From contig MU053482.1 in assembly GCA_013239625.1 (NCBI GenBank), positions 3,433,922 to 3,497,921 on the forward strand: a stretch of DNA of 64,000 nt, in the 5' to 3' direction. How positions within the stretch are numbered: the first letter of the stretch is position 1; every line of letters starts with the position of its first letter. Under the pieces are notes generated by a model. The model saw nothing but the letters and a program-made list of their open reading frames with translations. It made no database searches and had not been told where the DNA came from. Source of the DNA: Lama guanicoe (Eukaryota). A program made the position numbers and the translations under genes. Positions 51,993-64,000 of this stretch are shown piece after piece.

Positions 51993-52810
51993 TGTGGCAG
52001 AAACTATTAGCCAATTACCCAAATGCCATTCCCACTTTTCACTGCCTGCAGAGCTCTAATTTTGTTTTCGTGTCTGTCTACCACTTCTTGAAATGACTCA
52101 GGAGTCAATCTTGGTTAGTCTAATCTAAATCAATCACAGTCATCACATCCCCTCTGCCAGTGTAGGTATAAGAAAGGGATGTGAGCAAATATTGACCCAG
52201 AGTCAGAAAGAGGGATCTGCTAAGTCTTTGGTTTTTTTTTATTGTTGTTTCTGGGTTTTTTTTTTCTTTTTTTTTTTTGCTTATTGATGTATGTTGTGTT
52301 TGTTTCAAGTGTGTAGCAAAGTGATCCAGTTATATACATACATATACATATATATATTCTTTTTCAGATTCTTTTCCATTATAGGTTATTACAAGATACT
52401 GACTGTTGTTCCCTGTGCTATACAGTAGGTCCTTGCTGTTTATCTACTTTATATATAGTAGTGTCTATCTGTTCATCTAAAACTCCTAATTTACCCCTCC
52501 TCCTGGCCCTTTCCCCTTTGGTTACTGTAAGTTTGTTTTATATGTTTGAGTCTGTTTCTGTTTTGTAAATAATTTCATCTGTATCAGTTTTTTTAGATTC
52601 CACATATAAATGATGTCAAATAATATTTGTCTTTCTCTGTCTGACTTACTTCACTTAGTGATAATCTCTAGGCCCTAGGTCTTTGAATTAACCAATCCAG
52701 GGGCTACTTTAATAAAAGGATTTCTTGATAAGTGACAAAATACTATTTTGTTTAAACTGGTGGAACAGAGGTTTTTCTGTGACTTGTAGCCAATGGCAAT
52801 TTAAATGACA
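51993..52810. mobile_element. MaLR LTR (MLT1J-like) nested in an L2 relic and split by an L1
   Basis: Starts TGTGGCAGAAAC and ends TTTTCTGTGACTTGTAGCCAATGGCAATTTAAATGACA; L2-like sequence on both sides. Confidence 0.55.
52231..52674 (-). mobile_element. 5'-truncated L1 3' end with target-site duplication
   Basis: Poly-T tail, artiodactyl-type L1 3'UTR (GTTCCCTGTGCTATACAGTAGGTCCTTG), TSD CTAAGTCTTTG (52220-52230) / CTAGGTCTTTG (52675-52685). Confidence 0.85.
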
Positions 52811-54992
52811 GAAGAATGGACATTCCAGTTGAGGGAACTCAACGAGCAGAGGCACCGAGATGGGAAAGTAACAGCTACATAGACTTAAATTAGTTAAGCC
52901 TGGTGAGACTGTAGATGGCAGAAAAGGATAGTGGTAAATAAAACAGAAAAGATAGCATGGAGCCATATTGCAGAGGGCTTCAAATGCCAGGCTAGAGTTG
53001 GGACTATTTTGTAGCCAAGGAGGAATTTTTGAGGAATTTTAAGCAGAAAAGTGATGTGGTAAAAGTTGTGCTTTAGAAAGGTTATTCTCACAGCATCATA
53101 AATTAGAATTAGGAGAAGAGTCTGAAGATGTGGAGATTAATCACAGAATCTAAGATAATTTGGATGAGAAGAAAGAGGGGCCTGAGCACTAGTTACAGTC
53201 TCTTCCAGACTGTAAACTTCGTCTTAAAAATACACTGGAGGTGAAACCCGGTAGAGGTAGAACTGACAAGATCAGCTAGATGGTTACTGCACAGAAGAGG
53301 GCAAGAAAAGGAGAAAGAAAGTGTGATTTTCAGAAATGACCTCTGTCACTAGAGTTCTTATAAATTCACCCACCTGTCCTCTGAAAGTGACTTTCAAACT
53401 GTCCTGAAAGATTGTGTTCAGTGTAAACTCACAGCTATAGGACAATGGGAGTATGGGAGATACCTAGACTATTTGAATGGATTTTACATGTTTTTAGCCC
53501 AGTTTTTCACTTCTTCCTTATCTTACTCCTTTGCAGAGTCACAAGTTGCAGATTCCCAAAGTTCTTTTTTGGGAGTTTGCATATTTATAACAGTGTTAAA
53601 AACCCCCAGTGAATTTAATGGAAAATATAATATAAACCCAATAACAAAAACAAAGAAAACAGAAAATGGAAAAAATATGTGGTTAGTATACAATTTTTGG
53701 GCCCAAGAATCAAAGTATAAATAACAAAATATGATCTCGGAACAAGCTTTCAGTGTGTATTCTGTTACTATGATTTGTAACACATTATATACTGTATAAA
53801 GTTACACTGCTGCCCGCACCAGTATCACATTAGCTATCTTTGTGATGAATAATGCAAAATTTTTTGAATGATGGTTCTCTGGCAGCTATTTTAGTGCTTT
53901 TTAACGTTTGAACTTAAAAAAAAATCAATAAGCAAATGTTCAATGTGGACAGACCCAGGTGAATGGTATTAAGCTATACTATATGCTTTTTCTAAATCAA
54001 CTGTAAACTCTAACAGGCGCAATTTAACTCAGCCAAGTCGGAGTTAAGATCTGCTGTCTCTGCTCCTCCAATTCTCTTTAAAAGTTCTTTTACTACTTAA
54101 ACCTTCAAATTGGATCAACTAAACATAATCAGCCCTACTATACTTATGACATAGTAGTGGCAATCAACCTACTGGGGAAATGTGGCATATTACTTGGGTA
54201 ATATCCAGGGTCCATGATACAAAAGAAAAAAATCTCCTTACCCAGGAGTTCTTTATGGGTTGATCAGGAATGGGATTCTAGGTATTCATAAATGCCCAAC
54301 TTATTGTTCATATGCATATAGATGATTTTATTGTGTTTGTTTTAGACCAAAGGTCTGTGGCTTCAAAAAGGTTAAGAACCACCTAATCTACTCATTACTG
54401 GATGAGGCTTCCTAATACTCTGTGACAGCTGCCATCATATTTTTTTTAGCACAGCTGATATACTCAATTCTCTAAGATTTAGAGATGAAATAAGATACAT
54501 AGTGCATTGATGGTGAAACATCCATTCTATAACTAAAAATTACTATATCCCCCCCAAATCAAACCATTCTAATGGATTTTAAAATTATTTAATGAATGAA
54601 ACTTAGTGTTCTTGAAAGAAATAATCTCCTAAAATAACTTTAATTTTTAAGGAGTCATCTTAGAGCTAAGTAGGGTGTCACCTTAGGATTCCAGTCAGTT
54701 AAAATCCAAAAAGAGAGGTAGAAAGAAGGTAAGAATGAGTTTACTACCACCTTCCTTGAGTACAAAAATCTCTACAATATGGCAATTATACAACCATTGA
54801 GATTCAAATAGTTAACCTAGAAGGCAATAACAGTATCAAAACTGTTTTACATAGTTTTATAAATAAATATTTAGTAATGACCAAAATATAACCAAATTAT
54901 TAACATTTATTTTCACTATATTATACTATTAAATGTGGTTCTAACCACCAAAATAGTTTAAGCTCAGAGCTGGAAGCCTCTATCACTCTCAC

Positions 54993-55101
54993 CTTGGTAC
55001 AGACTACTCGTACAACCACTTTCCAAAAGGCAGAGGAATCAGATCCAGGTTGTACCTCAAAGAGAAGATGTTTTTCCTGGCCAGAAGCCACTTTAGCAGT
55101 T
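54993..55101 (-). CDS. RNF141: RNF141 exon 3 ([36 protein letters not shown])
   Basis: CAG acceptor, AAG|GTGAGA donor, 109 nt. Confidence 0.97.
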
Positions 55102-57961
55102 CTGAAAAGAGACAAACACATTTGTTAATTTTATGAAAAATCATGTAAAATAATGGAGCTATGAAACCAGATTCAAGAAACACTTTAAAGCAGAGAAGGA
55201 AATTTGAAGACACAAAAAAAAATAACGATCCAATGATTGTAATAATTAGATTCTTGAAACACACAGATAGTGTTTTGATCATAAACATGCAATTTAATTT
55301 CCAAGGTCAACAGCACAGTGGAATGGCATTTATAAATTTTTGTCATATCTATATTTCAATGGTCTTTAAATTTCTAACAAAGACATCTAGGAAAAACATG
55401 TAAGGAGTCAAGTACTTACAGAAAATTTAAGCTGGTTTCACTTGTCCAAATTTTGCCTATTGCCTCAGATGTATATAAGGTGTGAAAAAATGTTGCCCTT
55501 GTTTGAGTCCTTCCTTAAGCAACACTTACATACTTCTTTGAAAAAAATTTTTATAGATAATGTGGGATTGATGAAGCAAATGATTTTGAGACACTTATAT
55601 AAGTTTACTGTCTTCCAGTAGCAGAGTAATTCTAATTTAGAGAGTGACAGGGTACTAATATAGAAGTATGACACTTTTTAGAGGCTAATTCAGTATCATT
55701 TATCAACACCAACTTAAATCAGTTCAAAGACGTAATCAAGTATTGCAGCTCCTTTTTTTTAATCATTACTCACATTTCTCTCTGAGCACCAGTGGGGATA
55801 TCACACTCAGAATTAAGTGACTTATAGTCACATAAATTGAGGCCACTGAAAATTAAGTAACCAGCTCTACGTATCAAAGTCTGCCAGGGAAAGTAGTACT
55901 GCCAGTTCACAGCTGTTTTCTAGTTATCGAGCCACGCTTCTTTTGTGCAGGTTTAACTTTATTGTTCTCAGACAGCACTGAACTTGTGAGGTGCCCAACT
56001 CTGACCCAGGGGAATTGGTTTTAAGAAGCAAATCGAGTCAGAAACATCCTGTGCTAAATAAGTAAGATACTCTTTACCATCACCTCTGTATTACACAGTA
56101 AGCTTAGCTTGCGGACGCTTTCATAGGACACATTTTATCCAGTATCTTTAGACCAAAAAATAAAATTTCATAGACTAGAATAGGTTTATTGTATTCAATT
56201 CTAATTTTCTAAAGGAATGGAAAATGTCATGATTACTCTTCAAAAAAGTTGAAACAATAAACCTAAAAAAGCATTCCACTGTTACGATACAATTAAACTC
56301 TCAATCCAATTTTATTCCTGAAGAATATGGTCTCAGAAGTAAAACCTCAAATGCTACCATCTGGATGATCTTTTAAAAAAAAAAGAACAAAGTAAAATGC
56401 TAGAGTTTAAAAAACCCATGACTATGTTTCTATTATAAAAGATCATACAATACACAAACATACGCAGTAAAATGTAAAATCTCCCTTCACTGCCCCTCAT
56501 TTTCACCAACTCCCCAGAGACCCAGTGTGTATCCTTCTAGTTCATTTTCTAAGCATTTACATATACACCCATACAGGATCCATCCATATACCCATACAGG
56601 GTTTTTTGGTTTGTTTTTAATGAGTGAAATCCAGTGTTCTTAAAAGAAATGATCTCCTAAGAGAACTTTAAGAGTTAAGAATGCTTTATTCTTCATGACT
56701 GGCCAATAACAGTACACGCCAGCTATGTCCACAGAAGGACTGTATTTCCTTCTCTTTATCTAAAGTGTTCCAGATAGCCAAGCACGTCTCTTATCGTCCA
56801 CAAAGCTTAGGGAGTACATTCACATATCTTACTCTAAATTATTAATAGGGACTATAATATATAAAGTTATACGTGCTAAGTGGTCTCAGACTACTGGGTG
56901 ATTTTATTTGGCCTTTTTGGGGTTTAAGGAGCAGTAATGGGAGCTGGTGGAAAAAACTTCAGACTTAGGGAGAGCTGGATCTGCCATTACTAAGTGGGTA
57001 ATCACTTTAGGTCTCAGTTAAAATGTCTGACCATCAGCAGAATGCCTTGCACATACTATGTGCTTAGTGAACGTTAGCTAAATTGAATAAAGAGAGAAAC
57101 TTTAAGATCTCATTTAAAAGGCAGCATTAGTAAGTTATAACTATATCCCCAGGGAGACAGGAGATACATAAACAAAGAGAGGCAGATATGGGTGCTGCTG
57201 AGGAAGATTTAATAGGAAAAAGCGCCATCTGCTCCCCTGTCACTAGGGGAGAACACACGAACAAAAACGCGGTATTTTAAAAGTATTACAATCTGGGGTC
57301 ATTTTAGGACAAAGAGCCTTGTGTATTTTAATAGCTTCTATATAGATCATCATAAAAATTGATATAATAAAGAATAAGTAACAAAGAGACAGCTAAGTTC
57401 TACTAGGTGTGCTCTTTAAGGAGGCAGAGTTTATTCCATCTTAGAAACCTATTCAAGAGTTAAGTAGAGATTTAAAGATATTAGCTAATTATAAAATATT
57501 TATAAACAAAATGTCCTATTTTTGACAAATGAATTATTATCATATATATTTCTCTGGCAAAATAATGGCTCAATGAACAAACACAGAAGATTTATTTATT
57601 AGCTAGATGAACTGGTTGATGTACAAAAATCTGAGTGTCCTTTCACCACCCTAGGAGTCTTTCTCTAGAGTGACTAATTAGTATATTCTCTTCTGTTATG
57701 CACCCTCTTTAGTGCTTTCAAGTAAGAATAAATTTACATGTCTGTGTTCGAAATTCAATTTTAAGTTCATTCTCTTTTGTTTCTATTACATATTTTTAAA
57801 TAGCCACGTAGGAAATCTTAAAGTACTCAATAAACATTTGCTAACTGCTGCTGAAAATATTAATAAGTCTTACCAATCAATAGTTCTGGTTCCCTCTCAG
57901 ATACTCATGATATTGGGCCATATGTCGGGGGAAAAATAAAATGAAAAAGAGCAAGCCTTAC

Positions 57962-58104
57962 ACATCATTAAGTTCAGCTACTCTCCCAAGAAATTCTTCG
58001 TACGTTAAGGAGCTACTTTCTCGAACCAATGCGACATGTTTTGCTACTTTTTCTGGTAGCTTGTTAAGAACCAACTGCGTCTGATCTGAAATTTGCTGTC
58101 CCAT
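57962..58104 (-). CDS. RNF141: RNF141 first coding exon ([23 protein letters not shown]...AELNDV); exon probably starts at 58155
   Basis: ATG at 58104-58102 in context ATCATGG, GT|GTAAGG donor, CAG acceptor (AG at 58156-58157). Confidence 0.96.
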
Positions 58105-58509
58105 GATGAAGTGATGTCTTGTGAAATCCAGGAAGACTCCTGCTTCACATAGTTTCTGTCAAATATACATAAAAGTTACTTTTACTTGTAATATAAAAAC
58201 AGCAACATACCCATCCCTTCAAGAAAATAAAGAAAAATAGGAAAACTTTTAAGTGAGAGCTCAACAGACTTACATGAGCCTAAGGGAGAATTTATTTAAA
58301 CACCTGTATTTTAAAGTAAAGATTTACAGTTCTATTTTTTTAAGATCATAAGTTAAATGAGAAAACAGAGTTCACTGATCTTATTGAGCATAATAAATCT
58401 CTAATTCCTATAATTTTGCCAAGTCAAAAACCATTTTACACAAACACACACACACACAGAGGCATTTAAGTGACTGTATTTAATAGGAAGCTTGTTTATC
58501 CTATACAAT

Positions 58510-58745
58510 TTTCCTAAGACCATTTCCTGACTGCTTACCATATGTCAGACTCCAAACCAAGGACTTTCCATATATTATCTCATTTATTTCTTACAACAAC
58601 CCCAAGAGGTAGGAATTATTACATTCCTATTTTATAGATGAGGAAATAGAGCTGAGTGACTTATCTAAAGTCAAACAGCTGGTAGATGGTTGAAGAACTT
58701 CAAACTTATGTCTTTCAGATTCCACTGCTCATGTTCTAAAACACT
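58510..58745 (-). mobile_element. MIR SINE relic
   Basis: CCTATTTTATAGATGAGGAAATAGAG...GTGACTTATCTAAAGTCAAACAGCT. Confidence 0.7.
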
Positions 58746-59020
58746 ATGGCATACTATGGCGTATAATCATGATATTGATAGACCAAATTAAACATTTGTT
58801 GTAGGGTTACTTTGTTTATAAATGTGCAACTTATTTTTAATTGTAAAATATATGCAAATCAAACAGACTTTTGGTTTGAAAAATCTAAGATAATTAAAGT
58901 GTTATAATTTAACCATCTTACATTTTCTGCTTGGAAAAAGACAACTCTCTTGCTTTTTAACTCTTATAGGTATTTTTAACTTTGCATTTATATAATTTGT
59001 TTTCTAAATATGAAGGTGTT

Positions 59021-59917
59021 TTTTTTTTACTTTTTAAAAAATTTTTTTAATATTTTTAAATTGATTTATAATCATTTTACAACGCTGTGTCAAATTCCAG
59101 TGTAGAGCACAATTTTTCAGTTATACATGAACATATATATAGTCATTGCCACATTTTTTTCTCTGTGAGCTACCATAAGATCTTGTATATATTTCCCTGT
59201 GCTATACAGTATAATCTTGTTTATATATTCTACAATTTTGAAATCCCAGTCTCTCTCTTCCCACCCCTCACCCCCTTGGCAACCACAAGTTTATATCCTA
59301 TGTCTGTGAGTCTATTTCTATTTTTTATTTATGCTTTGTTGTTGTTTTTATTTAGATTCCTCATATGGTATTTTTTTTCTCTTTCTGGCTTACTTCACTT
59401 AGAATGACATTCTCCAGGCATCCATGTTGCTGCAAATGGTGTCATGTTGTCATTTTTATGGCTGAATAGTATTCCATTGTATAAATATACCACCTCTTCT
59501 ATATCCAGTCATCTATCAATGGACATTTAGGCTGTTTCCATGTCTTGGCTATTGTAAATAGTGCTGCTATGAACATTGGGGTGCAGGTGTCATCCTGGAG
59601 TAGGGTTCCTTCTGGATATATGCCCAGGAGCGGGATTCCTGGGTCATATGGGAAGTCTATTCCTAGTCTTTTGAGGACTCTCCATACTGTTTTCCACAGT
59701 GGCTGCACCAAATTGCATTCCCACCAGCAGTGAGGAGGGTTCCGTTTTCTCCACACCCTCTCCAGTATTTGTCATTTGTGGACTTTTGAATGATGGCCAT
59801 TCTGACTGGTGTGAGGTGATACCTCATTGTAGTTTTGATTTGCATTTCTCTTATAATTAGTGATACTGAGCAGTTTTTCATGTGCATATTGATCATTTGT
59901 ATGTCTTCCCTGGAGAA
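59021..59917 (-). mobile_element. 5'-truncated lineage-specific L1 (ORF2 C-terminus plus 3'UTR)
   Basis: ORF2 peptides [19 protein letters not shown] and [15 protein letters not shown]-rich tail; TSD GAAGGTGTT (59012-59020 / 59915-59923). Confidence 0.93.
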
Positions 59918-60499
59918 GGTGTTATTTTAGTTAAGCTGGATCACCACTTTAATAATCTACTATCAATGCAGATCAATAAGGTACTGAATTGATTTAAAAT
60001 TTTAATCACAAAACATGTCTGCAATAACCACTTACTCTAAAGTCTTGGAAGATATAATTCTATGTACCATGGCTAGAGAAGAGCTGGATATGTTTATTCT
60101 AATAGATTTTTCTTTGGTAAATATTGATTTATCAGAATATCAAGCATTAAGATATGGTTAAAATAGAAAATAAGATAAATTTTTAGTATTTATCCATGTT
60201 GATATATTCTATAACTGGGTATGGAAATCCCTATTCAATGAGAATACCACTACTAATAATAGTAAATTTAACTAATATTTATTCATCACTTCCATCATGT
60301 AACACGTCTCTAAGCACTATGTATTTGTGAATTCAGTCACTTAAATCCTCATGATCACCATTTTATAGATGAAGAAACAGGACAGTTTAGGAAACAAGCA
60401 GAGGGGTTTGCATCAAAGACTCTCATTTTATCTCACCTAAATTAACATTCATGTAAAGCAGGTGAAATAGTAACAATTTATAGTAAAAGTTTTGTCAGA

Positions 60500-60680
60500 G
60501 GGGTGAGGGTAGAGCTCAAGTGGTAGAGTGCATGCTTAGCATGCACGAGGTCCTGGGTTCAATCCCCAGTACCTCCTCTAAAAATAAATAAACCTAATTA
60601 CCTCCCACCTTACCAAAATAAAATAATAATACAATAATAAATGAAAATACAAAAAAAAGTTAAAAAATTTTTTTTAAAAA
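60500..60680 (+). mobile_element. tRNA-Ala-derived SINE (camelid vic-1 type)
   Basis: GGGTGAGGGTAGAGCTCAAGTGGTAGAGTGCATGCTTAGCATGCACGAGGTCCTGGGTTCAATCCCCAGTACCTCC with A and B boxes, followed by an A-rich tail containing AAACCTAATTACCTCCC. Confidence 0.85.
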
Positions 60681-61870
60681 GGCAAGAACATACAATGGAA
60701 TAAAGACAGTCTCTTCAGCAAATGGTGTTGGGAAAACTGGACAGCAGCATGTAAATCAATGAAGCTAGAATACACCCTCACATCATACACAAAAATAAAC
60801 TCAAAATGGATTAGACTTAAACATAAGACAAGATACAATAAACCTCCAAGAAGAAAACGTAAGCAAAACATTATCTCATATTACATCTCAGCAATGTTCT
60901 CCTAGGGCAGTCTACTTGAGAAATAGAAATAAAAGTAAGAATAAACAAATGAGACCTAATTAAATTTACAAGCTTTTGCACAGCAAAGGAAACTGTAAGC
61001 CAAACAAAACGACAACCTAAGGAATGGGAGAAAATATTTGCAAAAGATGAAACTGACAAAGGCTTGATCTCCAGAATATATAAACAGCTCATACGACTTA
61101 ATAAGAAAAAAACAAACAACCCAATCCAAAAATGGGCAGAAGACCTAAACAAGCAATTCTCCAAGGAAGACATACAAATGATCAATATGCACATGAAAAA
61201 CTGCTCAGTATCACTAATTAAAAGAGAAATGCAAATCAAAACTACAATGAGGTATCACCTCACACCAGTCAGAATGGCCATCATTCAAAAGTCCACAAAT
61301 GACAAATACTGGAGAGGGTGTGGAGAAAACGGAACCCTCCTCACTGCTGGTGGGAATGCAATTTGGTGCAGCCACTGTGGAAAACAGTATGGAGAGTCCT
61401 CAAAAGACTAGGAATAGACTTCCCATATGACCCAGGAATCCCGCTCCTGGGCATATATCCAGAAGGAACCCTACTCCAGGATGACACCTGCACCCCAATG
61501 TTCATAGCAGCACTATTTACAAAAAATTAAAAAAAAAAAAAAAAAGAGAGAGAGAGAGAGAGAGAAGACAACAAATGAACTTAAATATAAAACAAACAGA
61601 CTCACAGACATAGAATACAAACTTGTGGTTGCCAGGTGGGAGGCGGATAGATAGGGACAGACTGGGAGTTTGAAATTTGTAGATACCGATAGGTATATAC
61701 AGAACAGATAAACAAATTTATACTGTATACATGCAGAGAAATAAATACAAGATCTTGTAGTAGCTCACAGTGAAAAAGAATATGAAAATGATTACATGTA
61801 TATTCATGTATAACTGAAAAATTGTGTACACCAGAAATTGACACAACATTGTAAACTGACTATAACTCAA
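60681..61870 (+). mobile_element. 5'-truncated lineage-specific L1 (ORF2 3' part, internal deletion at ~61522, 3'UTR)
   Basis: ORF2 peptide [38 protein letters not shown]; 3'UTR ends GTAAACTGACTATAACTCAAAA; (A)n(GA)n at 61521-61565. Confidence 0.93.
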
Positions 61871-62654
61871 AAGAAAGGTTTTTTAAGGAAATCTGCTTTA
61901 TCATTTAATCAAAAAAAAGAATTAAGTTATAACTCTAAAATATGTAACTTTAAAATATAAAATCATTTACAAAAGGAGTTCACAATAATCATAAATATGC
62001 AAATTTTGCTTTCGCTATTCAAATTTAATATATTGTATTTGAGGGGTTTTTTTTATACATTAAATATAGGAAAAGTACAATTGTACTAAAAAAGAAAAAC
62101 TTAACAACTACTGTTTTGAATCTGAACCTATTTAGCAATGATAAATACTGTATTACATAGATATATGAAAGGAAATTGTTGAGGAAGGTCCATACTACTA
62201 AAAAAAAATCTCTGAAGGCAACATTATATATTTTAAATATAGCCAAGTGGATTCAAACCAACTGTATCCAAAGAGAAATGAAGATTTTAGCTTAGAGGAG
62301 GTCTCTAGAGTATTCAACATTAGTGATTTCTGGATTTCACAGACTAACAAAATCTCAAAGCACCACAGTGTTGCACACTTATTTTTAAGAATAGTTTCCA
62401 AAAATAAACAAAAAAAACTTCTAAAACTAAATTTTTAAAAAGCACAATTTATAACCTGAGAAGTCAAAGGCTATATTAGAATAAAAGTCCTTTCCAAGAA
62501 TGCAGTAACTTCACACTGACATATACTACATATACAGTACACTACTGTCCTTATTTTTCTTGTCTAATCCAAATGTGTGAAAACATCGTCAGAAGCCAAA
62601 GGTTGTACACTGGTGTTAGGGAGCAACTGTTACACGGCCTTTTAAAAAATTAAA

Positions 62655-63075
62655 TTCAACAAGTACCACATGTCTGGCACTGTGCTATGTTCTGGGGATA
62701 CAATGATGAGTACAAGAAACACAGTTCTTGCCACCACTGAGCATCTGATACAGTGGGGACAACAATCATACCAAGAAAGACATAATTACAAAATGGTAAG
62801 TGTGAAGCCAAACAAGTACAGGGTACTACAAAAGCCTGTAAAAGGAGGACTTGACCTAGTCTTGTGTCAGGGAAGAAGTCCTTGGGCAAACAACTGATTT
62901 GCTATCAGTCAGTTAGCCAGAGAAGAGGGACAGAGGCATGTCAAGGGGAGGACATTCCAGGCAAAGGTTATAGAAAGTGCCTAACATAGGAAGGGGTACG
63001 GCTGACTTTGAGGTAATTAAAAAAAAAAAAAAAAGCCAGAGTGACTAAAATAGAGAGGGAGAGAGGGAGACTGGC
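62655..63075 (-). mobile_element. L2 relic
   Basis: TTCAACAAGTACCACATGTCTGGCACTGTGCTATGTTCTGGGGATACAATGATGA. Confidence 0.7.
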
Positions 63076-63099
63076 AACAAGAGATGGGATGTTTACCAT

Positions 63100-63900
63100 T
63101 TTTGCTGATGTCCTGAAGACAAGACTACATGCCTGCCCAATCTGTGGATGATTAAAACTGGAATGAATGAAGATCTACTGAATACCACAATCAAGACTGA
63201 AAGGGGATACTGATTTTCTGAAATAGAATAAATTATATCAAATATGACTAAAAGTCAAATCCTGAATATGCTTTGAAAAGGCAACTGCACAAAAGCACAA
63301 GGGTAAGATATGCTTAAAAGCAATTAAAATTAAAAGGTCTGAGGGTATCAGTCAAAATAATTCAACAGTTAAGAGGCCAAAATGCTGAAATAATCCTGAA
63401 CTCTTGCTAGAAGCAAATGTCCAGAGGAAGAGCCTACCCACTGTGCTCTGTAATGGTTCTAGCACACTAAGTTCAGTAACCAGCTCTAAGGAGTCACACT
63501 TTTAAAGGGCACTAATCGCTTGAACATATTTAGGAGAGCACATAAGATGTTACAAATCTAGAAAAGGAAGCAATTTATTCTAGATAATCATAGTTCAGTA
63601 ACAACATGGAGCAACATGATAGGTTTGTTCAAATACTTCAAGAGCTTTCATGTGGAAGAGGAAGTAACAGTTATTTTATATGGTTACAGAGAACAGAACG
63701 GCCAAATTATAAATTAGGCAGATTTCGGGTCAATATAAGAATTTCCTATCATTCATAATTATCCAGCAGAGTTAAGAGCTACCTTGTAATGCCTGTGAGC
63801 TTGCTTTCATTGGAAATGTGGAGTTGTTTAAATAAAGATAAGACATTCATCTAATAAGTGTTTTATAGATTTCTGCTTGAGTAATAAGTGGAGAAGGTGA
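63100..63900 (+). mobile_element. Ancient L3/CR1 LINE relic
   Basis: TTTGCTGATG...CACACTTTTAAAGGGCACT...TTCAAATACTTCAAGAGCTTTCATGTGGAAGAG...GGCAGATTTCGGGTCAATATAAG. Confidence 0.5.
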
Positions 63901-64000
63901 CCTCTAACCTAAAATTTCACTCCCAAAGTAAAACTTAAATTCCCTCTAGTGTTCCTGTACTAATCCAATCAAAATGCAATAAAATATTCCAATTAATCAG

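Larger units (their letters stand above)
41988..58104 (-). other. RNF141: RNF141 gene span (start codon to stop codon), RING finger protein 141, 230 aa
   Basis: Coding exons 143+109+182+108+151 = 693 nt, all GT-AG and phase-consistent. MGQQIS N-myristoylation motif; C3HC4 RING ([37 protein letters not shown]). Confidence 0.98.

Noticed and set aside
60500..60575. Possible tRNA-Ala(AGC) gene (A/B boxes, perfect GTGCATGC-TTA-GCATGCAC hairpin)
   Set aside because: It is followed by a SINE-type body and A-rich tail rather than a Pol III T-run terminator, and it matches the tRNA-derived SINE head.
59499..61530. Duplicated ORFs that could look like a novel gene pair
   Set aside because: They are frameshifted L1 ORF2 C-terminal fragments; the DNA-level identity is reported as a finding instead.

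Overview
Mammalian genomic DNA, very likely camelid because it carries a vic-1-type tRNA-Ala-derived SINE. It holds two convergent, intact protein-coding genes. AMPD3 (erythrocyte-type AMP deaminase) is on the + strand: 14 coding exons from 5578 to 36032 splice to 2304 nt (767 aa plus stop), with an in-frame alternative first exon at 1917-1941 and a non-canonical GC-AG intron after exon 8. RNF141 (RING E3 ligase) is on the - strand: 5 coding exons from 58104 to 41988 splice to 693 nt (230 aa plus stop); its non-coding first exon was not found and presumably lies beyond the right edge. The rest is intron/UTR with L1, L2, MIR, L3, MaLR/ERVL LTR and hAT relics, named from recalled consensus sequences rather than a RepeatMasker run. 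I found no prokaryote-style novel system. Best leads: (1) a 366-bp inverted repeat with only 2 mismatches between two otherwise diverged L1 copies in RNF141 intron 1; (2) a MER77-like LTR inserted into the polypyrimidine tract of AMPD3 exon 4 that apparently supplies the branch point; (3) candidate poison exons in both genes; (4) an ATG-TGA start-stop element in the RNF141 leader; (5) a 57-bp locally templated insertion; (6) an abrupt GC-to-AT transition at the AMPD3 3' end; (7) the apparently empty orthologous site of the human MTRNR2L8/MIR4485 NUMT.
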